Shown here: in pieces, positions 37,900 to 50,769 of the stretch
Position numbering within the stretch: the first letter of the stretch is position 1
How the letters are laid out: each line of letters opens with the position of its first letter
DNA from: Mobula hypostoma
Lineage: Eukaryota
Assembly: GCF_963921235.1 (NCBI RefSeq)
Contig: NC_086109.1
Coordinates: 13,394,001 to 13,458,000, forward strand
Reading direction: 5' to 3'
DNA: 64,000 bases
The notes under the pieces: model-generated
Seen by the model: only the letters and a program-made list of their open reading frames with translations
Told to the model about the DNA's origin: nothing
Databases searched by the model: none
Translations under genes and position numbers: made by a program

Positions 37900-40800
37900 A
37901 CCGGCGCTAGGAGGTGCAGAGTCCACAGCCTGCACACTGTCAGTTCTTTTAGGTGGCCGGCCTCGTCGTCGTGTGGGTGGAACCGCAACCGGGCGTTCAA
38001 GGTCTAGATGAGACGGTGAGTGGTAAAAGTCTCTTCCTGACCGCCGATGTCGAGAACACAGGTCTCTTCATTATGGCGCACCACCTTGTAGGGTTCTTCG
38101 TATGGTTGCTGCAGGGGTGATCTGTGCACGCCTCGGCGAACGAAAACATACTTATTCTGTTGTAGGTCCTTGGGCACGAAAGAGGGTGCTGTTCTGTGAT
38201 GGGACATCAGGACTGGGGCAAGTGTTCCAAGCCGCTCCCGGAGTTTAGTCAGGACCACCGTAGGTGTGTCCTCCTGGCCCCAGGGTGCTGGCACAAACTC
38301 ACTGGGAACTGTGAGCGGGGACCGTAAGCAAATTCGGCCGATGATGCGGCCAGGTCCTCCTCGGGTGCAGTGAGGATGCCAAGCAGCACCCAGGGGAGTT
38401 TGTCCACCCAGTCTGGCCCTCGGAGGCGTGCCATCAGGACCGACTTCAAGTGCCTGTGGAAACGTTCCACCAGGCCGTTGGACTGCGGGTGGTAAGCAGT
38501 CGTTCGGTGGAGCTGCATTCCGAGGAGTTGTGCCAGTGCAGACCACAAAGCCGATGTGAACTGTACTCCCCTGTCTGAAGTGATGTGGGCTGGGAGTCCG
38601 AACCATCCCACCCAGGTGGCAAGCAGGGCTCTGGCACATGTCTCCGTGGCCGTGTCAGCGAGTGGGATAGCTTCCGGCTACCTCGTGAACCTGTCCACCA
38701 TGGTGACCAGGTACCACGCTCCTCTCGAAACCGGCAGTGGGCCGATGATGTCCACGTGGACATGTCTGAACCTCCTATGTGTCGGCTGGAAGGTTTGCAG
38801 TGGGGCCCTCACGTGCCTCTGGATGTTGGAGGTTTGACAGTGCATGCATGCCCTGGCCCAGTGCCCAACCTGCTTGCATAGGCCGTGTCACACAAACCAG
38901 TCTGCGATCAGCCGGATGGTCGCCCGGGTGGAAGGGTGGACTAAACCATGCAAGGCGTCGAAAACGCGGTGCCTCCAAGCGGTTGGGACAATAGGTCGAG
39001 ATTGCACGGTGGACACATCGCAAAGGAGCTCATTACCTTCTGGTCCAGTGGATATGTCTTCGAGGCGGAGTCCTGAGACTGTGTTTCAGTACACCGGCAT
39101 CTCGCTGTCCAGCCGTTGTGCCTTAGCTAACGCCGCGTAATCCACCCCCAGAGACAGAGAGTGCACTGATTGGACGGAGGTGCGTGACAGCGCGTCGGCT
39201 GCCACGTTGTTCTTCCCGGAGATGTGCTTGATCGTGGTGGTAAACTCCGAGATGTACAACAGGTGGCATGACCATGGGTCCAACACTTTGGCAAATGTGA
39301 AAGTGAGGGGCTTGTGGTCTGTGAAGACCGTGAGCTCCCTCCCTTCCAGGAAATACCTGAAGTGCAGGATGGCAAGGTACAGGGCCAACAGCTCCCTGTC
39401 GAAAGCGCTGTACTTAACTTCCGGGGGTCGTAGGTGCAGGCTGAAAAAAGCAAGCGGCTTCCACTGGCCTTCGATGAGCTGCTCGAGCACGCCGCCAGCT
39501 GCCTCGTCGGGGGGATCCACAGTGAGGGCAGTGGGGACGTCGACCCAGGGGTGGACCAGTTTGCTAGTATGTTCTTGGCTTGTTCGAAAGCCGCCTTCGC
39601 CTTCTCTGTCCAGGTGACCTCTTTGACCTTGCCGGACATCAAGCCAAAAAGGGGCCGCATGATCCGGGCCGCCTAGGGCAGGAAACGGTGATAAAAGTTA
39701 ACCACCCCAACATATTCCTGCAGGCCTTTAACAGTGCTGGGTCTGATGAATTGGCGGATGGTTTCAACTTTTGCCGGCAGGGGCACAGCTCCATGGCGGT
39801 CGATCCGGTGTCCCAAGAAGTCGATGGCGGCTAGGCCGAACTGGCACTTGGCGGGGTTGATAGCCAGGCCGTAGTCGCTTAGGCGGCAGCAGAGTAGGCG
39901 TAGATGTGCTAGATGTTCCTGGCGGGAGCGGCTGGCCATAAGTATGTCATCCAGGTAGATGAACAGAAAGTCCAGATCTCGCCCTACTGCATCCATCAGG
40001 CGCTGGAACATCTGCGCCACGTTTTTGAGCCCGAACGGCATCCTGAGGAACTCGAACAGGCCAAAGGGGGTAATGAGGGCTGTCTTGGGTACATCGTCCG
40101 GGTGGACTGGGATCTGATGATACCCTCCGGATCAGGTCAATCTTCGAAAAGATGCGCGCCCTGTGCAGGTTGGCCGTAAAGTCCTGGATGTGTGGTACCG
40201 GATAGCGATCAGACGTGGTAGCGTCGTTCAGCCTCCTATAATCCCCATACGGTCTCCACCCTCCCGCGGACTTGGGCACCATATGGAATGGGGAGGCCCA
40301 CGGGTTGTCAGAATGCTGCACAATCCCCATCTCCTCCATCTTCTTGAATTCCTCCTTTGCGAGGCGGAGCTTGTCGGGCGGTAGCCTGCGGGCCCGGGCA
40401 TGAAGGGGAGGTCCCTGTGTGGGGATGTGGTGCATCACGCCGTGCTTGGGGTCTGCTGAGGAAAACTGCGGAGTGATGATAGATGGGAACTCCGATAACA
40501 CTCTGGCGAACTCGTTGGCGGAATAAGTGACGGAGTCAAGGTGCGAGGCCGGTAACCTGGTCTCACTGAGGGAGAAAGACTGGAACGTCTTCGCATCGAC
40601 CAATCGTCGTCCCTTCAAATCCATGAGCAGGCAGTGCGTGCGGAGGAAGTCTGCCCCAGCACTGGCTGTGACACTGCGGCCAGTGTAAATGTCCATGTAA
40701 AGTGGCTGGAACCGAACTGCAAGGGGATGGTTCTTGTGCCGTAGGTGCAGATGGTGCTGCCGTTGGCTGCCATAAGTTTCGGTCCTGTTCTTCTAGTTTG

Positions 40801-41440
40801 GGTATCGTGGCTCGAGGGGGATAGGACAATGACTTCCGCCCCTGTGTCCACCAGGAATCTTCGCCTGGAGAGCTTGTCCCAAACGTAGAGGAGGCTATCA
40901 TGGTGACCAGCCGCCGTAGCCATCAGCGACGGCTGGTCCTGGCGTTTCCCTGGAACAAGCATGGCGGCAGCGGCGGGCCCCGGAACTCCACCTGTGATGA
41001 TAAAAACACCAAAACTCAGAAGTAGTGCCGTCCCTTGGTGTGGGTGTTACGTGCTCTGCTGCTGGGGTGCGGGAGGGCTACACTTTCGGCCGTAGTCGCA
41101 GCATGAATTTCGATGGTGGTTCCGCCATTTTGTTTGCCGCGCCAAAGCACATCCGCGCGGGCAGCCACCCTGCGTGGGTCTCTGAAGTCTTCATTTGCTA
41201 GCAGGAGGCGGATGTCTTCTGGCATTTGCTCCAAGAGGATCTGTTCAAAAATCAGGCAAGGCCTGTGGCCGTCTGCCAGTGCTAGCATGTCGCTCATCAG
41301 GGCTGATGGCGCGCAGTCGCCCAGGCCGTCCATGTGCAGTAACCGTGCAGCCCGTTCATGGCGGGAAAGGCTAAGTGTGCGGATTGATAGGCCCTTGAAT
41401 GCCTCGTACCTGTCTGTTGTCGGGGGCTGCTGCAGAAAGT
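37900..41440 (-). pseudogene. gag-pol pseudogene of the second Gypsy element
   Basis: FLVDTGAEV (protease), MPFGLKN..FIYLDDILM (RT), YSAFDRELLA..VFTDHKPL (RNase H), ITSDRGVQF..TTAYHPQSNGLVERFH (integrase). Confidence 0.92.
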
Positions 41441-41444
41441 CATT

Positions 41445-43415
41445 CCATTTTTAAAATCTTTTTATTGATACATAATCTTCTACAGCTTTAAAATGGTACA
41501 AGATGACAGCAAATTAATATATATACAGTTAATAAAGCAGAAAAAAACTTAACAAAAAAGAATAATATGATAATGAAAAAAATATATTTTTTATAAAGAA
41601 AAGAAGGAAAAAGAGAACCCCAACTACTAAAAGAGGGGGAAAAAAACCAGAAACTACAAGAGAAAGAAAAGGAAAAAAGAGAGAAAAAAATACCATTAGG
41701 AACCAACTCCCAGAGCAATTCGCCTTACAGTCAGCTATATAAATAAAGAAGAAAAATCATCAACTGCCAATTCACATTTATATAAAATAAGATTGGAAGG
41801 AAACCATATAAATTAATTCAAATTAAATGATAATATTTGGCAAAAGAGCCCCATCTTCTCTCAAAATCGAATCGAGAATCAAAAGTTCTACTTCTAATTT
41901 TTTCCAAGCTAAGACATGACATTACTTGAGAAAACCATTGAATTAATGTAGGGACAGAGGCATCTTTCCATTTCAATAAAATAGCCCTTCTTGCCAACAA
42001 TGTGACAAATGCAATTACATGTTGGTCTGAAGATGAAATACCCTGGATATGATGCGGAACTATTCCAAATAAGACAGCCAATGTATTAGGTTGTAAATTA
42101 ATTTTCAGAGCTTTAGAAATGGTAGAAAATAAAGATTTCCAAAAAGAATTTAATGAAGAACATATGTGACAAAATGGCTACTTCAGTTTTACACCTATCA
42201 CAACAATTGTCTGTGTTAAGCAATATTTTAGATAATCTCTCCTTTGTTAAATAATAATGGTGAACAATTTTAAATTGAATTAAAGAGTGATTGGCACATA
42301 TCGAAGAAGAATTAATCATTTTCAAAACTCGCAACCAATCTTCATTAGGTTATGAGAACATTTCCTCTTTTATTGTCATTTAGAAATGCATACATGCATT
42401 AAGAAATGATACAATGTTCCTCCAGAGTGATATCACAGAAAACAAGACAAACCACAGACTAACACTGACAGAACCACATAATTATAACATATAGTTACAG
42501 CAGTGCAAAACAATGCCATAATTTGATAAAGAACAGACCATGGGCACGGTAAAAAAAAAGTCAAAAGTCTCGATCGACTCCCGAGTCCCCGATAGCAGGC
42601 GGCAAAAGGGTGAAACTCACTGCCATAAACCTCCAAGGCACCGACAACTGCCGATGCCTTGGAAGCAGCCGACCACAGCCAACACTGAGTCCGTCCATCC
42701 AAAAACTTCGAGCGTCCGATCAGCCCCTCCGATACAGCCTCCCGAGCGCCATCCTGTGCCGAGCGCCTTCGACCTCGCCCCGGCCGCTGAAACAAGCAAA
42801 ACCGAGGATTCGGGGCCTTCTGCTCTGGAGATTCTGGTTACCACACAGTAGCAGCGGCAACGAAGCGGGTATTTCAGAAGTTTCTCCAGATGTTCCTCCG
42901 TACTCTCAGATCTTTCTCCATCAAATCAGGATTGTACACGGTCCCCTACTTGATAGATACCAGATATCATTCACCAGAGAGGCCAGAGACAAAGGTCATA
43001 TTAAGTTCTCTCTCCCAATCTTGTTTAATCTTTAGTGAGAGGTTATCTTTTTGTAGTAAAAATAAATTATAAATTCTACCAATGGAACCTCTCACTAAAG
43101 GATTCATATTTAAAATAGTATCCAACAAATCAGGTTCTTGCTTATATAGAAACTTAGATAAGTATTTTTGTAAAAATATCTAACCTGAAAATATTGTAGG
43201 AAGTGTGTCTGAGAGAGAGAGTATTTGCTAATTAACTCTTCAAAAATCATCAATCGACCATCACAAAATTAATCTGCAAAAGAACAGATCCTGTTATTTC
43301 TCCATAAGAGAAAAATGGGATCAGTTGTTGATGGTTTAAATAGAAAATTTCAATATAAAGAGCTAGACAATTTAAATTGTTTCAAATTAAAAGAGTTGTG
43401 AAACTGAAACCAAAT
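41445..43415 (-). mobile_element. 5'-truncated L1-clade LINE 3' fragment
   Basis: QFKIVHHYYLTKERL..CDRC..SHMF and LARRAILLKWK..W C-terminal motifs, T-rich 3' UTR, AATAAA near 41463; AT-rich. Confidence 0.82.
42345..42995 (-). mobile_element. About 600-bp SINE-like element, copy 3, inside L1
   Basis: Colinear with copies 1 and 2. Confidence 0.78.
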
Positions 43416-43539
43416 CGCGTGGGTGAGCTGCCACAATATTCATCACTGTAATATTAAAATTAACAAAGCAATCTGTTTCACATTCAGCAGTAAAATATGG
43501 GACCAGGCACCATTTTATGTCACATAGTGACAATCTCCA

Positions 43540-45830
43540 GATTGTTTAATGTCATTTTCAGAACACAAGTGTAAAGGAGGACAAAACAATTGCTACTCAG
43601 TATTCGATGCAGCACAAAAAAACACAAAGTAGGATAGAGAACACACTAATAAATAAAAACAGAATAAATATACATAAGATGTATTATATACGAGATTGTT
43701 TATGTCCATAAAGTGACGTTAGGCACAGGAGTGTCTGTACAGAAGGTGACTGACAGGAAATGGTAAATTATTAGTGGTCGGGGGTGTGGAGCAGAGGATT
43801 AGTGGGTGGAGGTGTTGATCAGCTTTACTGCTTGGGGAGTACAACTGTTTTTGAGTCACATGATCCTGGAATGGATGCTACGTAGCCTCTTCCCTGATGG
43901 GAGTGGTTGGGGTCCTTTATGATGTTACTGTCCCTTTCTGTATATATGTCCTTGATGGCAGGTAGGCTGGTGCTGGTGATGCATTGGGCAGTTTCCACAA
44001 TCTGCTGTGGGGTCTTCCTGTCTGCCGCAGTGCAGTTTCCATATCAATCAGTGATGCAGCTTGTTAAGATGCTCCCTACTCTACATCTGTAGTAGAGATA
44101 TAGATGTACAAAGTCCACTTCTCTTTAGCTTCCTTGGAAATTAGAGGCATTTGTGAACTTTCTTGACTATGTCGGATGTGTTCTGGGACAATGAATGATT
44201 ATGTGAGACGTGCACTTCCGGGAGATTGAAACTGCTCACAGTTTCCACTATTGTGCCGTCATTGTAAGGAGGGGTGTGAATGGTGTAAGTTCTCCTGAAG
44301 TCAATAACCACATCCTTAGCCTTGTTCGCGTTGAGGAAGCGGTTATTTTCCTGGCACCAAGCGTCGAGCTCGTCCACTTCCTCTCTGTAGGCCAGCTCGT
44401 TGTTGTTGGTGATGAGCCCCACCAATGTCGAACGTGACAATGTGATGACTCGGGTGTCTGGCCATGCAGTCATGTGTGAGCAGAGGGTACAGCAATGGGA
44501 TCAGCACACAGCCCTTGGGGCACCCGTTTTGATGGTGGTGGTGAGGGAGGAATAATTGTGCATCATGACTATCTGAGACCGTAGAGCTGTTCTGTTGGTA
44601 AGCACATACTGAGTGTCCGATGTGGCAGGAATGGAACTTTTGATTTGTGCCATTATCATCCATTCAAAAAAGACGCTTGGCGTCAGTGGCACTGGGCACA
44701 AGTTTATTTAGTTCTGAAAGTGTAGAGGGGATGATGGTGGCCGAGTTGAAGCATGTGTGGATAGCAGTCTGAATGGGTGAAGTGTTGAAGATGTCAGTGA
44801 GCTGGGATGTACACTCCCTGAGTACTTGGCTGGGGATGTTTTCTGGCCTGGCTGCCTTACTGTGGTTGGGTCTCTGCACCTTCTCATGTCTGTAGCTGTT
44901 ACAGATAGTGGCTGCTCACTTGGGAGAGGGGTAGCTATCGTGGCTGGTGTTGTGTTGCATACCTCGAAACATGCACTAATGTTTTTAGAACATCAGGGAC
45001 GGTGGTGTCACCGGTACATTTGACGCTGTTTTTCCTTGTGTAGTCAGTAATATCCTTGATACCCAGTGAAATATGCCGGACATTGTCATCGCACAGGTGT
45101 TCCTGAATTATTGGAGCGTGGGCAGTCTTTTCCTTCTTGATGCCTATGGTGATGACTTGGCTGCAGTGAGAGCTCTTCTGTCACCAGACTTGAAGGCAGC
45201 ATCCTGGGCTTTTAGTAGGGAGTACACCTCAGCATTCAGCCAGGGCTTCTGGCTGCGATGTGAGATGACTGTTCCTGAGGTACCAATGTCGTGTACACAC
45301 TTTCTGATGTAGCCAATCACAGATGAGGAATGATCCTCGGTCTGAGTCTTCTCCATTTGTTGTGACCTCCTTCAACTTCTGCCAATTCATCCACTCAAAA
45401 CAGTTTTGAAGCATAGAGATTGCCTCGTGAGGCCATACAGTGATGGTCCTCTTGATTGGTTTCTCCATTTTCAGTTGTGGTCAGGACAATGGGATTAACA
45501 TTATAGAGATGTAGTTAGGGAGACCAAGATGAGGCGTGGGATAAAATTTTAAATACCGTATCTCTTTGTATAATCATGATCCGGTCTGTTATTCTCATGG
45601 TGGCTATGCTGGAATTTGTGTAAATGTCCAGCAGGTTAACATGATTGAAGTCTCTGCAATTATGAAGAGATGACCTGGATGCTTGTTTTAGAGAGAGCCG
45701 GTGAGCTGGTGATACTGTAAAGGTCTCCCAGTGCGACCTTGATGTTTGCACGCGGTTGGTAGGGGGTGGTGGCTGGGGGGTGTGGGGGTTGGTGGTGGGT
45801 AGGGGATGTAGACAGTGGTAATGATTCTAG
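43540..45830 (-). mobile_element. Decayed Rex1/Babar-like LINE (left-arm copy)
   Basis: QKPWLNAEV, KAARPENIPSQVLREC..LTDIFN, AYREEVDELDAWCQENN. Confidence 0.82.
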
Positions 45831-46541
45831 GATATAATAGCTAGCCATGTGAAGAGTGTTTGATGGCTCTGGACCTGTATTCACTAGAATTCAGAAGAAT
45901 GAGTGCTGACCTCATTCTGATGAAAGGCCTTGATGGAGTGGAGGTGGAGAGGATGTTTCCTATGGCAGGTTTGTCTAAGACCAGAGGACAAGGCCTCAGA
46001 ATCAAGGGGTATCCTTTCAGAACAGAGTTGAGGGGTTATTTCTCAAGCCAGAGAGTGGTGAATCTGTGGAATTCGTTGCCACAGGCAGATGTGGAGGCCA
46101 AGTCTTTATGTATGTTTAAGGCAGAGGTTGATAAATTCTTGATTGGCCAGGGCATGAAGGGATACAGGAAGATGGCAGGATATTGGGACTGAGTGGGAAA
46201 TGAATTAGCCATGATAAAATGGTAGAGCAGACTTAATGGGTCAAATGGTTTAAATATGCTCCTATATCTTATGGACTTATGGTCTAATGAACACCACAGT
46301 AAATGTTCTGATCAGGTAATGTGTCCGGCATTTAATTGTAATATGTTCAATTGCTCCACGTCAATTTTCCCAGGTAAATCGGAAATTGACTCCTAAATTT
46401 CTTTGAATGTTACCTTGGGATTGTTAACATCCAGTTGAACTGAGGCCTTGGCCTGTTGTCTTATTCACATAGTGGTGCCTCTGAGCATTGTGAGGAACTT
46501 CAGAGGAACTTCAAGCCAATATCTTCCGACTTATTTTAATG

Positions 46542-47059
46542 CTATTGCTATTGAGGGAGGGCAGCGTAGGTTCACAAGGTTAATTCCCGGGATGGCGGGA
46601 CTGTCATATGTCGAAAAGTTGAAGCGACTGGGCTTGTATACTCTGGAATTTAGAAGGCTGAGAGGGGATCTTATTGAAAGATATAAGATGATTAAGGGAT
46701 TAGACACGCTGGAGGCAGAAAGCATGTTCCCGCTGATGGGTGAGTCCAGAACCAAAGGCCACAGTTTAAGAATTAGGGGTAGGCCATTTAGAATGGAGTT
46801 GAAGAAAAACTTTTTCACCCAGAGAGTGGTGGATATGTGGAATGCTCTGCCCCAGAAGGCTGTGGAGGCCAAGTCTCTGGATGCTTTCAGAAAAGAAATG
46901 GATAGAGCTCTTAAGGATAGCAGAATCAAAGGTTATGGGGATAAGGCAGGAACTGGATACCGATTGTAGATGATCAGCCTTGATCACAGTGAATGGCAGT
47001 GCTTGCTCAATGGGCCGAATGGCCTACTCCTGCACCTATTGTCTATTGTCTATTGTCTA
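46542..47059 (+). mobile_element. Young 5'-truncated CR1 3' end, left-arm specific
   Basis: Open frame QRRFTRLIPG..LEFRRLRGDLI..FFTQRVVDMWNALP, (CTATTGT)n tail, TAATG duplication; empty site near 56165. Confidence 0.88.
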
Positions 47060-49552
47060 TAATGGATGTGCTACAAGTAAAGGCAAGCTGACAGCATGAT
47101 AAGGGATAACAAATTATGATGGAATGGCAGAGCGGACCCAAAGGGCTGAATGGCCTTATGCTCCTCCCACGGCTTCTGATCTTATGATCACATATAATAT
47201 ATCAAGCCTTGATGAAAGAGAAACATAAGGTTCAAATGCTGGAGACCAGAAACTAAAGAGAAGAACACATTAAGTCATGCCAACTATCATGATCTAAGCA
47301 GATTATCGCTAATATGATGCACGTTTCAACAAAACGGACTATTAGAAGCAGCAGGAGCTGCTTTAACTTACTGTAATGAAGGATCCGTACTGTGGTGAAC
47401 CATCCAATGGCCAATGAATTACCCAACAGTTATAGCAAGACCGTAGTGCCGGGATTCCTAACCTGGGGTCCACAGACCTCTCGGTTAGTGGTAGGAGTTC
47501 ATGACATTAAAAAGGTTGGGAATCCTTGCTGTAGAGGAACGACATCACAAAGAAGGACATACTATAGAGGAAGGATGTATTTAACAGTGGAAAGGACAAT
47601 ATAAGAAGGTTCGAAGGTTTATTTTATTGTCAAAGTGTGCATGTACAATACAACCCTGATATTCGTCTTCTCCAGATAGCCATGAAATACAGAAAAGAGA
47701 AAAGACATCAACCACCTCCCCACACGAAAAGGGAGATCTCTTTTTCACCCTTCCCCCCGCCCGTGAGAGTCCTGAACTCCCTGCCACCACCCAGGTCTGA
47801 TCACATAGAAGAGCCAGTAGCATTGCACCGTTTACCTTTTAACTTGTGTCATAAATGTACATTATGCTAAATCTCAAACTTCTGAAACATATTTTATTAT
47901 TAAATTTATTAGTGATAATGTTACTTCGTGCGTTGTGTGTGAGTTGTATGCACTGTGTTGTGCAACCTTGGCCCAGAGGAACACTGTTTTATTGAAGGTA
48001 TACTGTATAGGGTCAAATGACAATAAACGTGAACTTGAACTTTATTTCCTCTAGTGATCATGGTGTGTACCATTTACAAAATCACTGAGTTTTCCATCAA
48101 TGGGCGCGGTAAAGGAACTAGAGTGAGAGGAAGTTAGTGGATGAGATGAAGATCCTTTGCTTGTTAACAGCTGGTTCGTATACTTATTCTGCTGATGGAT
48201 CTTGATTTGCCTGTCATTGATACAGCTTGCTAACCTCCAGGATAAAAAGCTCCTCTTCAGATTACACCAGTTGACATTTCACACGTGTTGAGTTGGACAT
48301 GGGTTCACTGTGTACCAGAAGCATGCTCATTTGTAAGGTCACACATAAGTGGTTGTGGCTTATCATTATTTTGTTCAGTGCCAAAGATGAAACCATTTAT
48401 GAGTTGCTCAATCAGCATATATTTTATCTCTTTTCCTGAAGTGTTACCATGATGCATAATAACACGGACTGACACCTCTGAGCTTTCTGTTGAAGGCTTT
48501 AATGTAGGCAATGCACAGTGTGTTACAGTAAAACTTCTACAACTCCTGATGCTCCGAAGTTCCCTGGTAATTTTTAGAAGGGTACATGGTGAGGTTAAAT
48601 GGAGTTGGGAACTGTGGCATGTTAAGGTTAATGGGAGCAGGGGTGGTGGACCTGGTGGGTTGAAGAGAAGTGATGGTACTATGACTATAAGAGCTTAAAG
48701 GGAACTGGGGTCTTAAGATCATAAGACATATGAGCAGAATTAGGTCATTAGGTCCATCAAGTCTGCTTCACCATTCCATAATGGTTGATTTATCATCCCT
48801 CTCAATCCCATTATCCTGCCTGTTCACCATGCTCTTTGACACCCTCACTAATCAAGAACCCTTCAACCTTCACTTTGAATATACTCAATGATTTGGCCTC
48901 CACTGACGTCTGTGGAAATTAATTCCACCCTTTCTCCAGACTCTGGCTAAAAAGATTCTATGTAAAAATACATTAATTACATATGCACCTTGCTTAAAGA
49001 CATGGCAATGCTACATATGCATTCCCAGACGCCCATGTTTTTCATTGAACTAGTTTAATGTTTTGAAGTTACAAAACATAACATTATCTCAGGTCATGTA
49101 AATGAAAAATTTGTTTGAATATAGACACACAAAGGACTGATCAGGAACAGTCACCATGACTTTTTTGCAAGGTAAATCTGTTCAGAGTTTTTTTTTTGAA
49201 GATGTAAGCAAGAGGATTGGCATGGTCAGGGCAGCGGATGTTGTCTGCATGGAGCTCAGCAAGGCCTTTGAGGTCCCACATGGAAGGCTGATCTGGAAGG
49301 TGAAATTGCATAGGATCCAGGAGAGATGGCTAAGTGTTGGCTTGATGGTAGAAAACAGATGCTGAAGATGCAAACCTCGAGTTTCAACAACAGCTTCTTT
49401 CCCACTGCTTCTTGAACTGATTGGAAAATCCTTAACACTGCCTCAAACTATTATTTTTTTCACTCAGTCTTGCACTAACGTCATTAAGTTTAGTTTGGTG
49501 TATCATACAAGTGACTTATAATGAATGTTAAGTTATGCCCTTATATTTAATA

Positions 49553-50050
49553 TAACACCTTATATTCCGTCTGGGTAGCTTCCAACCTGATAGCATGACA
49601 TTGACTTCTCTAACTTCCGCTAATGCCCCACCTCCACCTCGTACCCCATCCGTTATTTATTTATATACACACATTCTTTCTCTCTCTCTCCTTTTTCTCC
49701 CTCTGTCCCTCTAACTATACCCCTTGCCCATCCTCTGGGTTCCCCCCCCCGCCCCGTCTTTCTCCCCGGCCCTCCTGTCCCATAATCCTCTCATATCCCC
49801 TTTGCCAATCACCTGTCCAGCTCTTGGCTCCATCCCTCCCCCTCCTGTCTTCTCCTATCATTTTGGATCTCCCCCTCCCCCTCTCACTTTTAAATCTACT
49901 AGCTCTTCTTTCAGTTAGTCCTGACGAAGGGTCTCGGCCTGAAACGTCAACTGTACCTCTTCCTAGAGATGCTGCCTGGCCTGCTGCGTTCACCAGCAAC
50001 TTTGATGTGTGTTGCTTGAATTTCCAGCATCTGCAGAATTCCTGTTGTTT
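49553..50050 (+). mobile_element. Solo Penelope pseudo-LTR with hammerhead motif at 49917-49953
   Basis: Colinear with 2005-2420; AGTCCTGACGAAGGGTCTCGGCCTGAAACGTCAACTG. Confidence 0.85.
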
Positions 50051-50769
50051 CCATTGTAAATGAAGTCTAGTCAAAGTAAACAGGTCAGCATAGCAAGATC
50101 TTTGGAACATGTTTAAACAAAATTTATGAATGATTGCAGTGGTCAGGAAACATTTAAACTTTGCCTCTTTATATTTGTGTATTCCCAGGCAATTCCTGTA
50201 TGCTTGAAAGACACAAGTACTGACCAAACAAGGAAATTAAGAATGCTAAGAAGATATGTTGCTTATTTTAGGAATCTAAGCATTGCCTGTGCATACATGG
50301 CTCACTGGACTTAATATTACTTGTCAGCATTCTAACTACTCCCATTATATACTCTGTGGCACATTATTAGGTACTCTTGTACCTAGTAAGTGGCCATTGA
50401 GTGTATGTTCATAGGTCCAATTTAATGTCGGAGAAATGTATACAATATACATCTTGAAATGTTTTTTCTTCGCAGCCATCCACAAAAACAGAGGACTGCC
50501 CCAAAGAATGAATAACAGTTGAATGTTAGAACCCCAAAGTCCTCCCCAGCTCCCCTCCCTCCTGCTCACAAGTGGTAGTGAGCAACAATACCCCCCTTCC
50601 CCCCACTGGCAAAAAAAAGCCACCCAGCACTCAAGCGTGAGCAAAGCAATAGCAAAGACACAGACTTGCAGTTACCCCAAAGACTTTGCATTTCACCCAG
50701 TATACGGCATACCGCATACCACATACCACAGTCAGTCACAGTCTCTCAGACTCACTCTCACACACACAC

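Larger units (their letters stand above)
37632..43435 (-). mobile_element. Second Ty3/Gypsy LTR retrotransposon (GC-rich), 5' region replaced by an L1 fragment
   Basis: 3' LTR 37632-37873 next to a G-rich polypurine tract (37874-37887 on minus); 18-bp remnant of the 5' LTR at 43418-43435; absent from the right arm near 58940. Confidence 0.88.
24142..48769 (+). repeat. Left arm of a large inverted segmental duplication, expanded by about 17 kb of arm-specific insertions
   Basis: Reverse-complement colinearity with 52584-62086 across unique DNA and shared TE junctions, e.g. 24142/62086, 25790-26000/60880-61090, 46290-46536/56165-56415, 47840-48245/53129-53538. Confidence 0.95.

Noticed and set aside
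37686..41454. Dense overlapping ORFs on both strands suggesting a foreign GC-rich gene cluster
   Set aside because: Explained by the GC-rich frameshifted Gypsy gag-pol on the minus strand.
48055..48545. GKGTRV J-segment-like peptide and a nearby CACAGTG heptamer
   Set aside because: No F/W before GxG, no nonamer at 12 or 23 bp, and the heptamer is hundreds of bases from the peptide.
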